Shown here in pieces: positions 39,207 through 48,131 of a stretch of DNA of 64,000 nucleotides; position 1 is the first letter of the stretch, and each line of letters opens with the position of its first letter. Both the position numbers and the translations under genes were made by a program. The DNA comes from a virus: the IMG/VR virus record IMGVR_UViG_3300005830_000045, positions 16,480 to 80,479 of that record, one strand, 5' to 3'. The notes under the pieces are model-generated. The model worked only from the letters and a program-made list of their open reading frames with translations. It searched no databases and had not been told where the DNA came from.

Positions 39207-39555
39207 TGTGGATGAATGGTTTGAAGCAGACCTTGAAATACGTGAAGCGATTGATATTCGCGGTGGAAAGTATCCAGGGATTTCTCTTTCTCCAACCTTT
39301 GAGTTGAAAGGGCCATTGCCTCTGCGAGCCAAAAGTAGATTTCGCCATACTAAGTATTTGATCTTGGAAGATAAATCAGATGCACTTTTGAGTTTTGGCA
39401 AGCATTCCGGTAAATTTGTTTCTGCGGTTGCTTCGATTGAGCCTGATTATCTTAGATGGATTTTGAAAGAGGAGTTTTCTGCCGATTTGAAAGAAGTTGT
39501 CGATAATGTTTTGAATGGAACCAAGCCTGTTGACATGAAGTTTCGTGGAAAGTAA
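39193..39555 (+). CDS. Small protein with FGKH.G...YL.W motif (DUF3820/ExoX C-terminal-like)
   Basis: LSFGKHSGKFVSAVASIEPDYLRWIL. Confidence 0.65.
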   Translation: MGKADVDEWFEADLEIREAIDIRGGKYPGISLSPTFELKGPLPLRAKSRFRHTKYLILEDKSDALLSFGKHSGKFVSAVASIEPDYLRWILKEEFSADLKEVVDNVLNGTKPVDMKFRGK

Positions 39556-39590
39556 ATCCTCCCTAGTCTTTCGCAAGAAAGTAGGCGTTC

Positions 39591-42500
39591 ATGCATGATT
39601 CAGAAAAGAAAGAAGATTTTGTTCATCTCCACACTCATAGTGATTTGAGTCAGCTTGACGGCTGCGGAAAGATTTCTGATTACGTGGACGCAGCCCATAA
39701 GCGTGGAAATCCAGCAATCTCGTTCACTGATCATGGAACTATGAGAGGATACATGACGCAGTATGAGGAGTGCAAGAGGGCTGGAATCAAGCCAATCTAC
39801 GGGGTTGAATTCTACGTTTCTCGAAATATGTACCGTAAGGGTATCACCGCTGAAGAAAAGACGGAACTTTCAAAGGGCAGGACCAAGGCGCAAGCGAAGG
39901 AGGTGATTGCGCAATACGAAATAAATGAAGGGATCAGAAAGCGTTGGCACCTGACGGTGCACGCCGAAACAGAAGCGGGGCTGAAAAACCTTTTCAGACT
40001 GACCTCGAAAGCTTTCATTGAAGGTTTTTACTACAAGCCTCGAATAGATATTGAAACGCTCTGCGAGCACAGCGAAGGTTTGATTGTTTCTTCTGGTTGC
40101 GTTGGAAGTCCAGTCAATAGTAATTGGTTTGAAGGGAATAGGCGTTATGCCGTTGAAGTATCAGATAAGTTGCATGAGGTGTTCCAAGACCGTTATATGA
40201 TTGAAATTCAGCCGCACGATATAGCAGAACAGCTGGAAGCGAATAAGTTGGCTGTGAAACTCAGGAAAAGATATGGCGGGAAATCGCGTCTTGTCGCGAC
40301 GCAAGATGCTCATTATATCAACAAAAGTGATGCCGTTCACCACGATGTTCTTCTTTGCATAGGCACAGGAAGTTATCTTTCAGACCCAAAGCGTATGAAG
40401 TTTGACGGCGATGAATTTCATATGCGAACACGTCGTGAGATGATTCGAGCATTCATGAAGTGGCACAGCGGATTGACCAAGGGCCAAATAAAAGAGGCAT
40501 TGGACACCACGATGCTCTTCCACGAGCGTTGCAACGTCAAACTCAATATTGACTATCACGCAGCCTTGCTTCCTGATCCTGGTATCCCTCCTGAATATGT
40601 CGATGATTTCTCGTATTTGAAAGATTTGTGCATTCAAGGTTGGAGCTGGAGAGAAATACCGGCAAGGGCTTTAGCGTATTCGGTGAAACACGGGGTGCCT
40701 TACGAGGAAGCTTTGTCGCTTTACAGCAAACGTTTGAAGCATGAACTTGGAGCTATAAAGAAGCAAAGATTTGTTCCGTATTTTATTCTAATACACGACT
40801 TGTATCGTTGGGCACGCGGTGAGAATATAATGGTTGGCCCTGGTCGTGGAAGCGTAGCAGGTTGCCTAATTGGGTATCTGATCGGATTGACTTCTGTTGA
40901 CCCTATTGATCATGGGTTGATCTTTGAGCGATTCATCAACCCAAATCGTATCGACATGCCTGATATTGATATGGACTTTGAAGACAGGAGAAGGCAAGAG
41001 GTTTTTGCATACCTCAGGAGGAAGTACGGTGAAGACAAAGTTTGCCAAATTGCCACCGTTGGCAAGCTATCCGGGAAGCAGTGTCTCAAGGATGTTTCTC
41101 GCGTTCTACAGGTTCCATACGCGGAAGTCAACCAGGTGACAAATTCCATCATCGAGCGTTCTAGCGGGGATGAACGGGCATCGCAGACAATTGAAGACTC
41201 TTTCAAGGAGTTTGAAATATGTCGAGATTTTGATAAGAGATACCCGAAAGTTTTGTATCATTCAAAACGTCTTGAAGGCATGGCCAAAAACTTGGGAATA
41301 CACGCTGCAGGAGCTGTTGCCTCTCCGGTGCCGCTGACAGATATCATCCCTCTGGAAGTGAGGAAGCATAATGGGAAAGATGTTATAGTCTCAGCCGTGG
41401 ACATGTACGGCGTTGCTGCGAGTGGTTTGGTAAAGCTCGATGTTTTAGGTTTGCGCACACTCACCGTTTTGAAAGAAGCGACAGAAGCGATAGAAGAAAG
41501 GCATGGCAGGAAGATTGACCTTGAATCAGCAGAAGTTGATTTGAGCGACCCGAAAGTTTTGAAGGGGTTCACAGATCACGATTATGGAGGCGTTTTTCAG
41601 TATGATACGCCTTCAGCGGACAAGGTCTGTTCAGGCGTCAAGTTCTCTTCTTTCGAGGACATTGCCGCCATGACAGCTCTCAACAGGCCAGGCACATCCA
41701 GAAGCGGTTTGGCATCCCGATATGTGGACAGAAAAAAGAATCCAGAGAAAGCAAAGAAACACGATTTCCATCCAGCTGTTTCCGAGATAACGAAGGACAC
41801 GTTGGGCATTATCGTGTACCAAGAGCACGTCATAAAGATATTCACAGACATCGCTGGATTTGCTCCGGCAACGGCTGACTCTTTGCGTAAAACAATCGCT
41901 AAAAAGATTGGCGATGAAACCATGGGGAAGGAACGTGCCAACTTTGTTGCTGGAGCTGTTGAGAAAACGGGAATGGACGAGAAAACCGCACATAAGATTA
42001 TGGACGCGATAACTTTTTTCGGGTGCGTTCCTTGGTGGACGCAAATAGCAACGCCATTTGGGCCAAGGGCAATTGATTCTTTGTCTGATGGTGATGAAAT
42101 TTACAGCGTTGAAGAATGCGGGAAAGTTGTCATCAATACCATAAAGACGGTCACAAGCACAGGGCCAAAGGATTTGTATCGAATAACTGCGAGCGGTTTT
42201 ATGGTTGATTCTTCCAACGACCACTATTGGGAGTGCATGGAAGGAGGTTACAAAAAGGCTAGTGAGCTTTGTGAAGGTGAATTCATATCGTATGTTATGG
42301 GGCATGGATTCAAATCATCCGAAAAAGAAAAGCTTTTGCTTGAAGAAGGATTGCGCAAGGGAAGTGTTTTGCCGAGGATTGTGCAGCCTTCATTATCAGA
42401 GACAGTACAGAAAGAAGCGGACAGAAAAGGGCAACCCTGTGAGCAGTGCGCACAACAAGTGGCCCGGAGCACCGGGCAAGGGTTGGAAAAGGGGCAAAAA

Positions 42501-44357
42501 CAAGAATACGCATCCAGGGATAGCAGCGCACGCGAAAGCTATGATGGGAGAGTTGAATCCGGCTTGGACAGACTGGAGTTATTCAGAATTCAAAATAATG
42601 AAAGATACGCTGCTGGAAAAGATAAAGGTCTGCCAAAGGTGCGGTTGCCCTCCGGACGAGGGAAGCGATGCCCCGAATGTGAGAGTTTTGCACGTCCACC
42701 ACAAGAACAGAAACAAAAAGGACAATTCGGCGGACAACTTGGAAGTTCTCTGTCAATCTTGTCACAGCAAGGAGCATTGGGAGGAAAAGCACTCTGGTGG
42801 ATTCGGGTGGATGAAATTCGTCAAATAGCAGATAGATCAACGCACAGAAGTGGTTGCCCTGCTAGGGATATTGAGTGTTATGACATAGAGGTTGATTCTA
42901 GTCCATGTAATTATGTGGCTAACGGAATAATATGCCATAATTCCTATGGATTCAATAAGAGCCATGCAACAGCTTATGGGATGATAGCGTTTTGGTGCAT
43001 GTTTCTCAAGACCTATTATCCTCTTGAGTTTTATTGGTCGCTGTTGAAAAACGAGCCAGACCGTGTCCGGATACAACAGTTGGCGAAACACGCAAAGAAG
43101 AAAGGCATATCATTCTTGTCGCCTTCTGTGAACACTTCCAAGGCGCACTTTGCCATAGATGATAGTCGTGGAGCAATTCGAGGTTCCCTTGTAGACATAA
43201 AAGGAGTTGGGACAGCGGCAGCGAAAGCTATTATGGCGACGCAGCCTTATACTGACTTTTTTGACTTCCTTGATCGAGTAGACAAGAGAAAGGTTCACAA
43301 AGGCGTCGTGGCTTCTCTTGTCCGGGCAGGAGCACTGGATGATTTGGTCCCCAATCCTCGGTGGCTTATTGAGAACATGGAAGCATTCTGGAAGCAAGTT
43401 GCGAAGAAGTCAGAGGAAGCGCAGAAAGAAGCAAGGCGGATGATTGAGGCGTCAAAGGATGAAAAGTCTTGGGACGCAGAGGAAAAGCAGCTTATCGCTT
43501 CCAAGGTGAACCCTCTTGCTTTCGGGAAGCACCCGATGGATACTTACAAGGATTTCTTGAATAAAAACGTGAAGATAAAGATTGCAGATATGTCAGCTGG
43601 TGATTTCTATGAGAGGAATGATGGAAGAATAGTCCTTGTCGGTGGAACTATAGTGGAAGTGAAACTCAATCAAATAGGTGACTTTCACACTGGAAGGCTG
43701 CCGACTGAAGAGGAACGTGAGCGTATGTTTTGGGGGAAACGTTATGCTAACGTAAACATAGAAGATATTGGCGGAGTTCAGAATAGAATCAAGTTTGATT
43801 GGGACGTTTACCCTGGTATGCGTCCTGTTATTGAATTAGGTTTGGGTGCTCCGGTGCTCGTGATGGCCTCTGTGAATGCGAAATTTGAGAACATGAGGGC
43901 TTTTTTCGCAGTCGATTTGGAGGGGATGAGAAAGAAGTTGATTTCGGGGAAACCATTGGGCATGTGGGAAAGCATTGTGACCGGAAACCATCCTGTGAAG
44001 CACATAAAGGCTAAGAGCGATGCCGTCAAAAGAGCCATGTGGACCAATAAATATTACAGGATGTCTCCGAAAGGAGGTCCATTTTGGGGTGTTGTGACGA
44101 ACATTCGTTTGAAATACGACAAGCGCGGTCAACTTATGGCTTTCTTTGGTCTTATTGGCGGCAACGGTTTCATGATTGATGTAATTTGCTTTGCTTCTCA
44201 ATGGGAATTTGTCAAAACTGTAATCAGCGTTGAACAGGTGTTGAAGATAGAAATAGGCAGATCAAGAGAAAGAGGCAGAGGAGTGTCTCACATTTTCAAC
44301 GGTGGCTTGGTAAAAAGTTTCAAGTCTGTTTGTGAAAAGGAGAAAGAAGATGAGTAA
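39591..44357 (+). CDS. dnaE: DNA polymerase III alpha subunit containing an intein
   Basis: HLHTHS, TDHG, DAH (PHP); GPGRGS; PDIDMDF; HAAG; KLDVLGL; YGFNKSH; OB folds. Confidence 0.97.
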   Translation: MHDSEKKEDFVHLHTHSDLSQLDGCGKISDYVDAAHKRGNPAISFTDHGTMRGYMTQYEECKRAGIKPIYGVEFYVSRNMYRKGITAEEKTELSKGRTKAQAKEVIAQYEINEGIRKRWHLTVHAETEAGLKNLFRLTSKAFIEGFYYKPRIDIETLCEHSEGLIVSSGCVGSPVNSNWFEGNRRYAVEVSDKLHEVFQDRYMIEIQPHDIAEQLEANKLAVKLRKRYGGKSRLVATQDAHYINKSDAVHHDVLLCIGTGSYLSDPKRMKFDGDEFHMRTRREMIRAFMKWHSGLTKGQIKEALDTTMLFHERCNVKLNIDYHAALLPDPGIPPEYVDDFSYLKDLCIQGWSWREIPARALAYSVKHGVPYEEALSLYSKRLKHELGAIKKQRFVPYFILIHDLYRWARGENIMVGPGRGSVAGCLIGYLIGLTSVDPIDHGLIFERFINPNRIDMPDIDMDFEDRRRQEVFAYLRRKYGEDKVCQIATVGKLSGKQCLKDVSRVLQVPYAEVNQVTNSIIERSSGDERASQTIEDSFKEFEICRDFDKRYPKVLYHSKRLEGMAKNLGIHAAGAVASPVPLTDIIPLEVRKHNGKDVIVSAVDMYGVAASGLVKLDVLGLRTLTVLKEATEAIEERHGRKIDLESAEVDLSDPKVLKGFTDHDYGGVFQYDTPSADKVCSGVKFSSFEDIAAMTALNRPGTSRSGLASRYVDRKKNPEKAKKHDFHPAVSEITKDTLGIIVYQEHVIKIFTDIAGFAPATADSLRKTIAKKIGDETMGKERANFVAGAVEKTGMDEKTAHKIMDAITFFGCVPWWTQIATPFGPRAIDSLSDGDEIYSVEECGKVVINTIKTVTSTGPKDLYRITASGFMVDSSNDHYWECMEGGYKKASELCEGEFISYVMGHGFKSSEKEKLLLEEGLRKGSVLPRIVQPSLSETVQKEADRKGQPCEQCAQQVARSTGQGLEKGQKQEYASRDSSARESYDGRVESGLDRLELFRIQNNERYAAGKDKGLPKVRLPSGRGKRCPECESFARPPQEQKQKGQFGGQLGSSLSILSQQGALGGKALWWIRVDEIRQIADRSTHRSGCPARDIECYDIEVDSSPCNYVANGIICHNSYGFNKSHATAYGMIAFWCMFLKTYYPLEFYWSLLKNEPDRVRIQQLAKHAKKKGISFLSPSVNTSKAHFAIDDSRGAIRGSLVDIKGVGTAAAKAIMATQPYTDFFDFLDRVDKRKVHKGVVASLVRAGALDDLVPNPRWLIENMEAFWKQVAKKSEEAQKEARRMIEASKDEKSWDAEEKQLIASKVNPLAFGKHPMDTYKDFLNKNVKIKIADMSAGDFYERNDGRIVLVGGTIVEVKLNQIGDFHTGRLPTEEERERMFWGKRYANVNIEDIGGVQNRIKFDWDVYPGMRPVIELGLGAPVLVMASVNAKFENMRAFFAVDLEGMRKKLISGKPLGMWESIVTGNHPVKHIKAKSDAVKRAMWTNKYYRMSPKGGPFWGVVTNIRLKYDKRGQLMAFFGLIGGNGFMIDVICFASQWEFVKTVISVEQVLKIEIGRSRERGRGVSHIFNGGLVKSFKSVCEKEKEDE
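42024..42941 (+). mobile_element. Intein in DnaE (306 aa)
   Basis: FFG|CVPWWTQI (block A), SSNDHYW (block B), CYDIEV...NYVANGIICHN|S (blocks F/G); removal restores FFGSYGFNKSH. Confidence 0.95.
42292..42828 (+). CDS. HNH homing endonuclease nested in the +1 frame of the intein
   Basis: C....C......GLC..HY Zn motif; GELNPAW; CQRCG...LHVHHKNRNKKDNSADNLEVLCQSCHSKEH; ORF open from 42205. Confidence 0.9.
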   Translation: MLWGMDSNHPKKKSFCLKKDCAREVFCRGLCSLHYQRQYRKKRTEKGNPVSSAHNKWPGAPGKGWKRGKNKNTHPGIAAHAKAMMGELNPAWTDWSYSEFKIMKDTLLEKIKVCQRCGCPPDEGSDAPNVRVLHVHHKNRNKKDNSADNLEVLCQSCHSKEHWEEKHSGGFGWMKFVK

Positions 44358-44841
44358 CACGACGATCAGAGACATCGCTCACGACGTTCAGCGGGACAAC
44401 CCGCACCTTGGTTCCAAATCTGATGTTGAGCACTTGATCAAAGAGGTTTTTGGCGTCATCCTTGAGCGTTGCGCGAAAGGTGACAATGTGAAGGTGAGAG
44501 GATTTGGCGTTTTCGCGGCATCAAACTTCAAAGGCAGAACACTTCGCAGCCCGTTGATGAAAGGCGGATTGATTGAATTCGCAGATCAGCTTGTTCTTCG
44601 ATTCAGGCAGTCGCAATCCGCAAAGGGGAAGATCAATGAGATTGCCGCTGAGTTCGCTCCGAAAAATAACAAGTCGATTGAAAATGAAGCTTCTGCCGAT
44701 GAAAAGGCTGTCGAAAAAAAGAAGGTAGAAAAGGCTTCATCGAAGAAGTCATCGCCAGCCAAGAAGCGTTCCAAGAAGAAGCCTGTTGCTGGAAGCAGAG
44801 AGGAAGATTTCTCCGAGTTCTCAGCACCGGCAACCGAGTAG
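44350..44841 (+). CDS. HU/IHF-like DNA-binding protein with Lys-rich tail
   Basis: GDNVKVRGFGVF...GR...P...RF. Confidence 0.85.
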   Translation: MSNTTIRDIAHDVQRDNPHLGSKSDVEHLIKEVFGVILERCAKGDNVKVRGFGVFAASNFKGRTLRSPLMKGGLIEFADQLVLRFRQSQSAKGKINEIAAEFAPKNNKSIENEASADEKAVEKKKVEKASSKKSSPAKKRSKKKPVAGSREEDFSEFSAPATE

Positions 44842-44846
44842 TCTTC

Positions 44847-45425
44847 ATGCCATTTTCAAAGAGCACCATCACCGTCAACGGCCACGAGGTCACTTTGGAC
44901 ACTGACTATGATTTGCAAGTGGGCGCGTTGTCTGGAGACATGGACAAGGTTGCTGCCCAAATGGGATTCTGGGGCAGTGTATGGGCAGCAGCGGTAAAAG
45001 AAAGAGCAGAAGCAGAGGCGCACTATCGTTATTGGCGGGCAAAGGCCTCTGAAGAGGTTTTGGCATCAGAACCAAAGTTGGCGGAGTGGAAAGTCAAACT
45101 CAAGGTGGAAGCAGACCCGAGATTTGTGACATACAAGCAAGCTCTTGCTCTTGCAGACCGGAACGTGGTGTTGGCTAAATCTGCATTTGATTCTTTTGAT
45201 AAAAAGGCGAACCAACTTCAATCCAAAGGCGCAATGCATCGTTCCGAGCTTGACGCTACGGATATGCACACCCCGAAAAATCCGAAAACTTCATCGAAGA
45301 AAAGCGCATCAGTTTCAGCTCCAAAAGGCAAAACTTTTCAGAAGAAGGCTGCCGCAAAAAACGCTTCTGATTCTGATGATCCAAGAGTTTCAGCGATGAA
45401 GGACATTTTCAGTAAAAAGAAGTAG
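44847..45425 (+). CDS. Putative recombination mediator (UvsY-like)
   Basis: Helical protein, AEWKVKLKVEADPRF...FDKKANQLQS; sits between HU and SSB/RecA. Confidence 0.55.
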   Translation: MPFSKSTITVNGHEVTLDTDYDLQVGALSGDMDKVAAQMGFWGSVWAAAVKERAEAEAHYRYWRAKASEEVLASEPKLAEWKVKLKVEADPRFVTYKQALALADRNVVLAKSAFDSFDKKANQLQSKGAMHRSELDATDMHTPKNPKTSSKKSASVSAPKGKTFQKKAAAKNASDSDDPRVSAMKDIFSKKK

Positions 45426-45464
45426 CAAGGCGCGCCAACGTAGCGCCAACAAAAGGAGGTTTCT

Positions 45465-46685
45465 GTGGGAATTGATATGAAGTGTATGCGTAGAACGTAT
45501 GACGAGAATCAGCGTGGAGGCGACATCTGGACGGCTGATGTTGGCGTGACCATGGTCTATATCCATGGACAATGTCGAGAGGATGGCCATGAACCGACCA
45601 AGGGCTTGAACCATGTTCCGGTTGTCGTTCACTATGGTCTTGGTCGCGATGGCCGGCAAATGGTTGTTTGTTTGGATCAAGAGAGGAATCCTATTGTCAC
45701 GCATCCGTTCGTGAAAGCGTATTTGAAATCAAAAGGTGTAAAGATTGGCAAGAAGTGCCCTGTTTGTCGTGCGATTGAAAGCGGAGAAATGGACGCTGAT
45801 CAAGCTGACCGTTCTGCTCCTACAACCAGATTTCTTTGGGGTGTCACGCCTATCGCTCACAAACCATCGAAATCTTCCGAGGGATGGAATAAGCTCACGC
45901 CAAAGCCGCAGTGCACTTTCGTTGGTTCTACGCTTTACAACGGTTTCATGGATTTGTTTTTTGAAAATGGGGATATCACAGACTTGGACCAAGCAACTTT
46001 TGCCTTGATCTATCGCACTGGGAAGGGGCAATATGACACAAAGTACGAGGTGAAGATTGATCCGGCCACGCTGAAATCTCCGAAAAAGATTCCAGGAGCG
46101 TTGCGACGGGTATTGATCAAGTCTGTCTCGAAAGATGGCGATTGTGATCTTTTCCGTATTGTCGCGAACATGGTCAAAAGCACGGAAGATATCAAAGGCT
46201 TGCTTTCTGGTGCAACTGTCGACACGTCTGAAGGCGATGACGATGACTTTGATGAAGGCGATTTGGTCGATGATGATAGTGTCTTGGGCGATGATGAACT
46301 TGATGACGGTGGTGATGGCCTCGATGACGGTGGTGATGGCCTCGATGATGACGGTGATGACGGTGATGACTTTGACGGCGATGACGGCGATGAAGGCGAT
46401 GACTTTGACGGTGAACTCGATGACGGTGATGATCTTCTTGGCGAGGATGGTGACGAGGCAGCCGCAAGCGAGGATACACCCGAGGATACAGGCGATGATG
46501 AAGAAGAGGCAGAGGAGGCAGAAGAGGACACCTCTGGCGATGACGATGATGACTTGGGCCTTGATGAGTTGGATGCTGAACTCGAAAGGGTGACCAAAAA
46601 GGCAATCGAAAATAAAGCGAAGAAAGCTGGCAAGCTTGTCATCAAGCCTGCCAAAAAGCGTATAAATAAGAAAGCAAAAGCCTAA
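45465..46685 (+). CDS. ssDNA-binding protein (T4 gp32-like) with long acidic tract
   Basis: VHYGL...VCL...CPVC; GDITD...RTGKG..DTKYEV; Asp/Gly-rich tail. Confidence 0.8.
   Translation: MGIDMKCMRRTYDENQRGGDIWTADVGVTMVYIHGQCREDGHEPTKGLNHVPVVVHYGLGRDGRQMVVCLDQERNPIVTHPFVKAYLKSKGVKIGKKCPVCRAIESGEMDADQADRSAPTTRFLWGVTPIAHKPSKSSEGWNKLTPKPQCTFVGSTLYNGFMDLFFENGDITDLDQATFALIYRTGKGQYDTKYEVKIDPATLKSPKKIPGALRRVLIKSVSKDGDCDLFRIVANMVKSTEDIKGLLSGATVDTSEGDDDDFDEGDLVDDDSVLGDDELDDGGDGLDDGGDGLDDDGDDGDDFDGDDGDEGDDFDGELDDGDDLLGEDGDEAAASEDTPEDTGDDEEEAEEAEEDTSGDDDDDLGLDELDAELERVTKKAIENKAKKAGKLVIKPAKKRINKKAKA
46302..46343 (+). repeat. 21-bp tandem duplication in the SSB acidic tract
   Basis: GATGACGGTGGTGATGGCCTC x2. 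Confidence 0.85.
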
Positions 46686-46827
46686 TAGGCTTTCAAGGAG
46701 TTGGGCGAACCTCACATGCCGCCGATAGCCGATTCAATGGCCTCTGCCTGGGCTTGCGGGAAATTGGGAAAGTTTGGGGTGACACTCCGGAGAGACGGGG
46801 CCAATCTTTTTGCTTGAGGTATTTTCC

Positions 46828-47910
46828 ATGGACGCGCCCAAAACTAAATCTTCAAAAAAGACTAAAATAGGAATAAGATTCTCCGAGTTTCACGACAAGC
46901 CTCTGCCTACTGAAAACATTACAGAATTGTTGAACGGCATGAGGAAAGACCTTGGGGACGAAAGCGTTATGCTCGCTGATGGCGAGGATATAAATGTGGA
47001 AGTACGAGGTGTTATCTCCACGCAATGCGCTGCTTTGGATCACGCTATAGGCCGAAAAGGTGTGCCCCTTGGGCGGCTGACGATATTGCATGGTCCAGAG
47101 GGTTGCGGGAAAACTACTCTTGCTCTTCACATAATTTCAGAGGTCCAAAGAATAGGCGGAATAGCAGTATTCTTGGATAAGGAATACAAATTAGACATTG
47201 ATTATGCGAAAGCATTAGGCGTTGACCGTTCAAGGTTACTTCTGAATCAGCCGAATACGCTTGAAGATGTATTCCGCTACATTGAAGTTGCGATTTCTCA
47301 TGCTGCAAAGTTGCGAGAGAAGTTGGGCAGGCGTATTCCGGTTGTTGTCGTTCTTGACTCGATGAATGCTGCGATAACAAAGGCGCAATTTGAAGGTGAG
47401 TGGGACGATAAGCACATGGCTCCGCAAGCTCGATGCTATAGTCAAAACTTGCCAAAATTGATGCCTCTTGTTTACAAAGAAGATGTTGCTTTGGTTTGGA
47501 TTAGTCAAATCCGAAAGAAGATGAATATCACTTTTGGCAATGATGATGAAATAGCAGGAGGGCAAGCACCAAGGTTCTATGCTTCTTTGATTATTTCTAT
47601 AAAAAGGATTGGTTCGATAAAGAAAGGCGACGACATTGCCGGCAACAAGACAGCAGTCCAAATTAGAAAGAATCAAATTGCTCCTCCTTTCAAGAAAGCT
47701 GAGTTTGTCATAAAGTACGGGCACGGGATTGATAATGAGCGTTCCATTTTGGAGATTGGCTTGAAGCTAGGTGTTGTGGAAAAGGGTGGCGCTTGGTATA
47801 GTTACGGCGAAAAACGTCTTGGACAAGGGCTTGATGCCGCTGCTGAATATTTGCGAGAGAACGCGGATGAACGAGAAGAAATCTGGGCTGCCGTTCAGGA
47901 GGGAATGTGA
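46828..47910 (+). CDS. recA: RecA recombinase
   Basis: GVPLGR, GPEGCGKTT, VVLDS, QIRKK, GGQAPRFYAS, KNQIAPPFK, GAWYSY. Confidence 0.95.
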   Translation: MDAPKTKSSKKTKIGIRFSEFHDKPLPTENITELLNGMRKDLGDESVMLADGEDINVEVRGVISTQCAALDHAIGRKGVPLGRLTILHGPEGCGKTTLALHIISEVQRIGGIAVFLDKEYKLDIDYAKALGVDRSRLLLNQPNTLEDVFRYIEVAISHAAKLREKLGRRIPVVVVLDSMNAAITKAQFEGEWDDKHMAPQARCYSQNLPKLMPLVYKEDVALVWISQIRKKMNITFGNDDEIAGGQAPRFYASLIISIKRIGSIKKGDDIAGNKTAVQIRKNQIAPPFKKAEFVIKYGHGIDNERSILEIGLKLGVVEKGGAWYSYGEKRLGQGLDAAAEYLRENADEREEIWAAVQEGM

Positions 47911-48131
47911 TTCAAAAGTTTGATTCTTTGTTGGGTTATTTAAGTAAAAGGTTTGGCGATATGACGGAGTCAGAAGAGAAGTTGGCAGAAGCGATTGCTG
48001 TTGTTCTTTGCGAAAAGGTTGATGATTGCGATGATGGATACGAGGTGCGGTGCGTTGGGGCAATGGTCGCGACTATTGAAATGATTCGCGGTGTGAAAAA
48101 CGGAGAAGTGCCAAAGGTGATAAAGGCATGA
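47907..48131 (+). CDS. Hypothetical protein
   Basis: 4-nt overlaps with both neighbours. Confidence 0.55.
   Translation: MIQKFDSLLGYLSKRFGDMTESEEKLAEAIAVVLCEKVDDCDDGYEVRCVGAMVATIEMIRGVKNGEVPKVIKA

Noticed and set aside
42205-42828. Out-of-frame HNH as a simple frameshifted pseudogene or sequencing error
   Set aside because: This would need two compensating indels plus a chance stop-free run of about 170 codons. The HNH ORF has its own start signals, stop and intact motifs. It cannot be fully excluded without reads.
45729-46715. Long minus-strand and alternate-frame ORFs over the SSB gene
   Set aside because: They are shadows of the GAT/GAC/GGT-rich acidic tract and give low-complexity products.
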